The position numbers were made by a program, and so were the translations under genes. 64,000 nucleotides of DNA, taken from contig JAQTQB010000010.1 of NCBI GenBank assembly GCA_028712475.1, forward strand, positions 50,077-114,076, written 5' to 3'. The notes beneath the pieces were generated by a model. That model saw only the letters and a list, made by a program, of their open reading frames with translations. It was not told the origin of the DNA and did not search any database. Positions 63,904-64,000 of the stretch are shown piece by piece. This DNA comes from Verrucomicrobiales bacterium (GTDB lineage: Bacteria > Verrucomicrobiota > Verrucomicrobiia > Limisphaerales > UBA11358). Position 1 is the stretch's first letter, and each line of letters starts with the position of its first letter.

Positions 63904-64000
63904 ACAATGTGGCCGGCGTCAGGGGCGCAGGCGGCCGCGTAAAGCTTCCAAAAGAGCGGCCAGAATTTTTCCCCCAGCGGATGCAATGCCGGATAGTCCG

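Noticed and set aside
1-64000. tRNA/rRNA genes, transposases, integrases, prophage or toxin-antitoxin/defence modules
   Set aside because: Reading the intergenic regions and the ORF translations revealed no cloverleaf-like sequences, no rRNA, and no DDE/tyrosine-recombinase, phage structural or known defence-system motifs.

Overview
This is a high-GC bacterial chromosomal segment. Gene content and repeat style suggest a PVC-group (Verrucomicrobiota-like) organism, but that is inference only. From 1 to 16.3 kb there is a complete minus-strand division/cell-wall (dcw) cluster: mraZ-orf-rsmH-ftsL-ftsI-SIMPL-murF-mraY-(small orf)-LysM-ftsW-murG-murB-ddl-ftsQ-ftsA-ftsZ. The ftsZ gene runs off the window edge. 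The cluster lacks murE, murD and murC at their canonical slots, and a 10-bp-phased GTGG array (a MraZ-operator-like site) lies upstream of mraZ. From 16.4 to 37.6 kb the genes are housekeeping: queA, a RibD-C-like reductase, a PduO-type adenosyltransferase, an amidase, sucC and sucD split by two small genes, a hybrid response-regulator/histidine kinase, gltA, cysS, tmk, plsC, cmk, aroA, tyrA, an oxidoreductase, an RluA-family synthase and a phosphoesterase. The 37.6-48.1 kb stretch is repeat-rich and looks accessory. It holds the locus I consider most interesting: a LysR-flanked minus-strand operon encoding a 4-TM protein, a B12-domain radical SAM enzyme, a 1503-aa fusion of two BcrA/BadF-type activase ATPase modules with 2-hydroxyacyl-CoA-dehydratase-like modules, and a secreted EEP-family hydrolase. 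I read this as a candidate radical ether-lipid or lipid-modification system. From 48.2 to 52.1 kb there is a manganese module (OM beta-barrel, mntH, small membrane protein, usp, and divergent mntR-DUF971) with two palindromic boxes. From 52.2 to 56.8 kb lies pilMNOPQ. From 57 to 63.4 kb lie ilvB, an OPA-type MFS transporter and rplI-ssb-rpsF-pth-rplY. Several families of short hairpin or word repeats occupy the intergenic spacers. Copies also sit in-frame inside aroA, rluA and cysS, and a 108-bp tandem repeat ends the window. I recognised no rRNA, tRNA, CRISPR array, transposase or integrase. The many long ORFs antisense to real genes are high-GC shadow ORFs.
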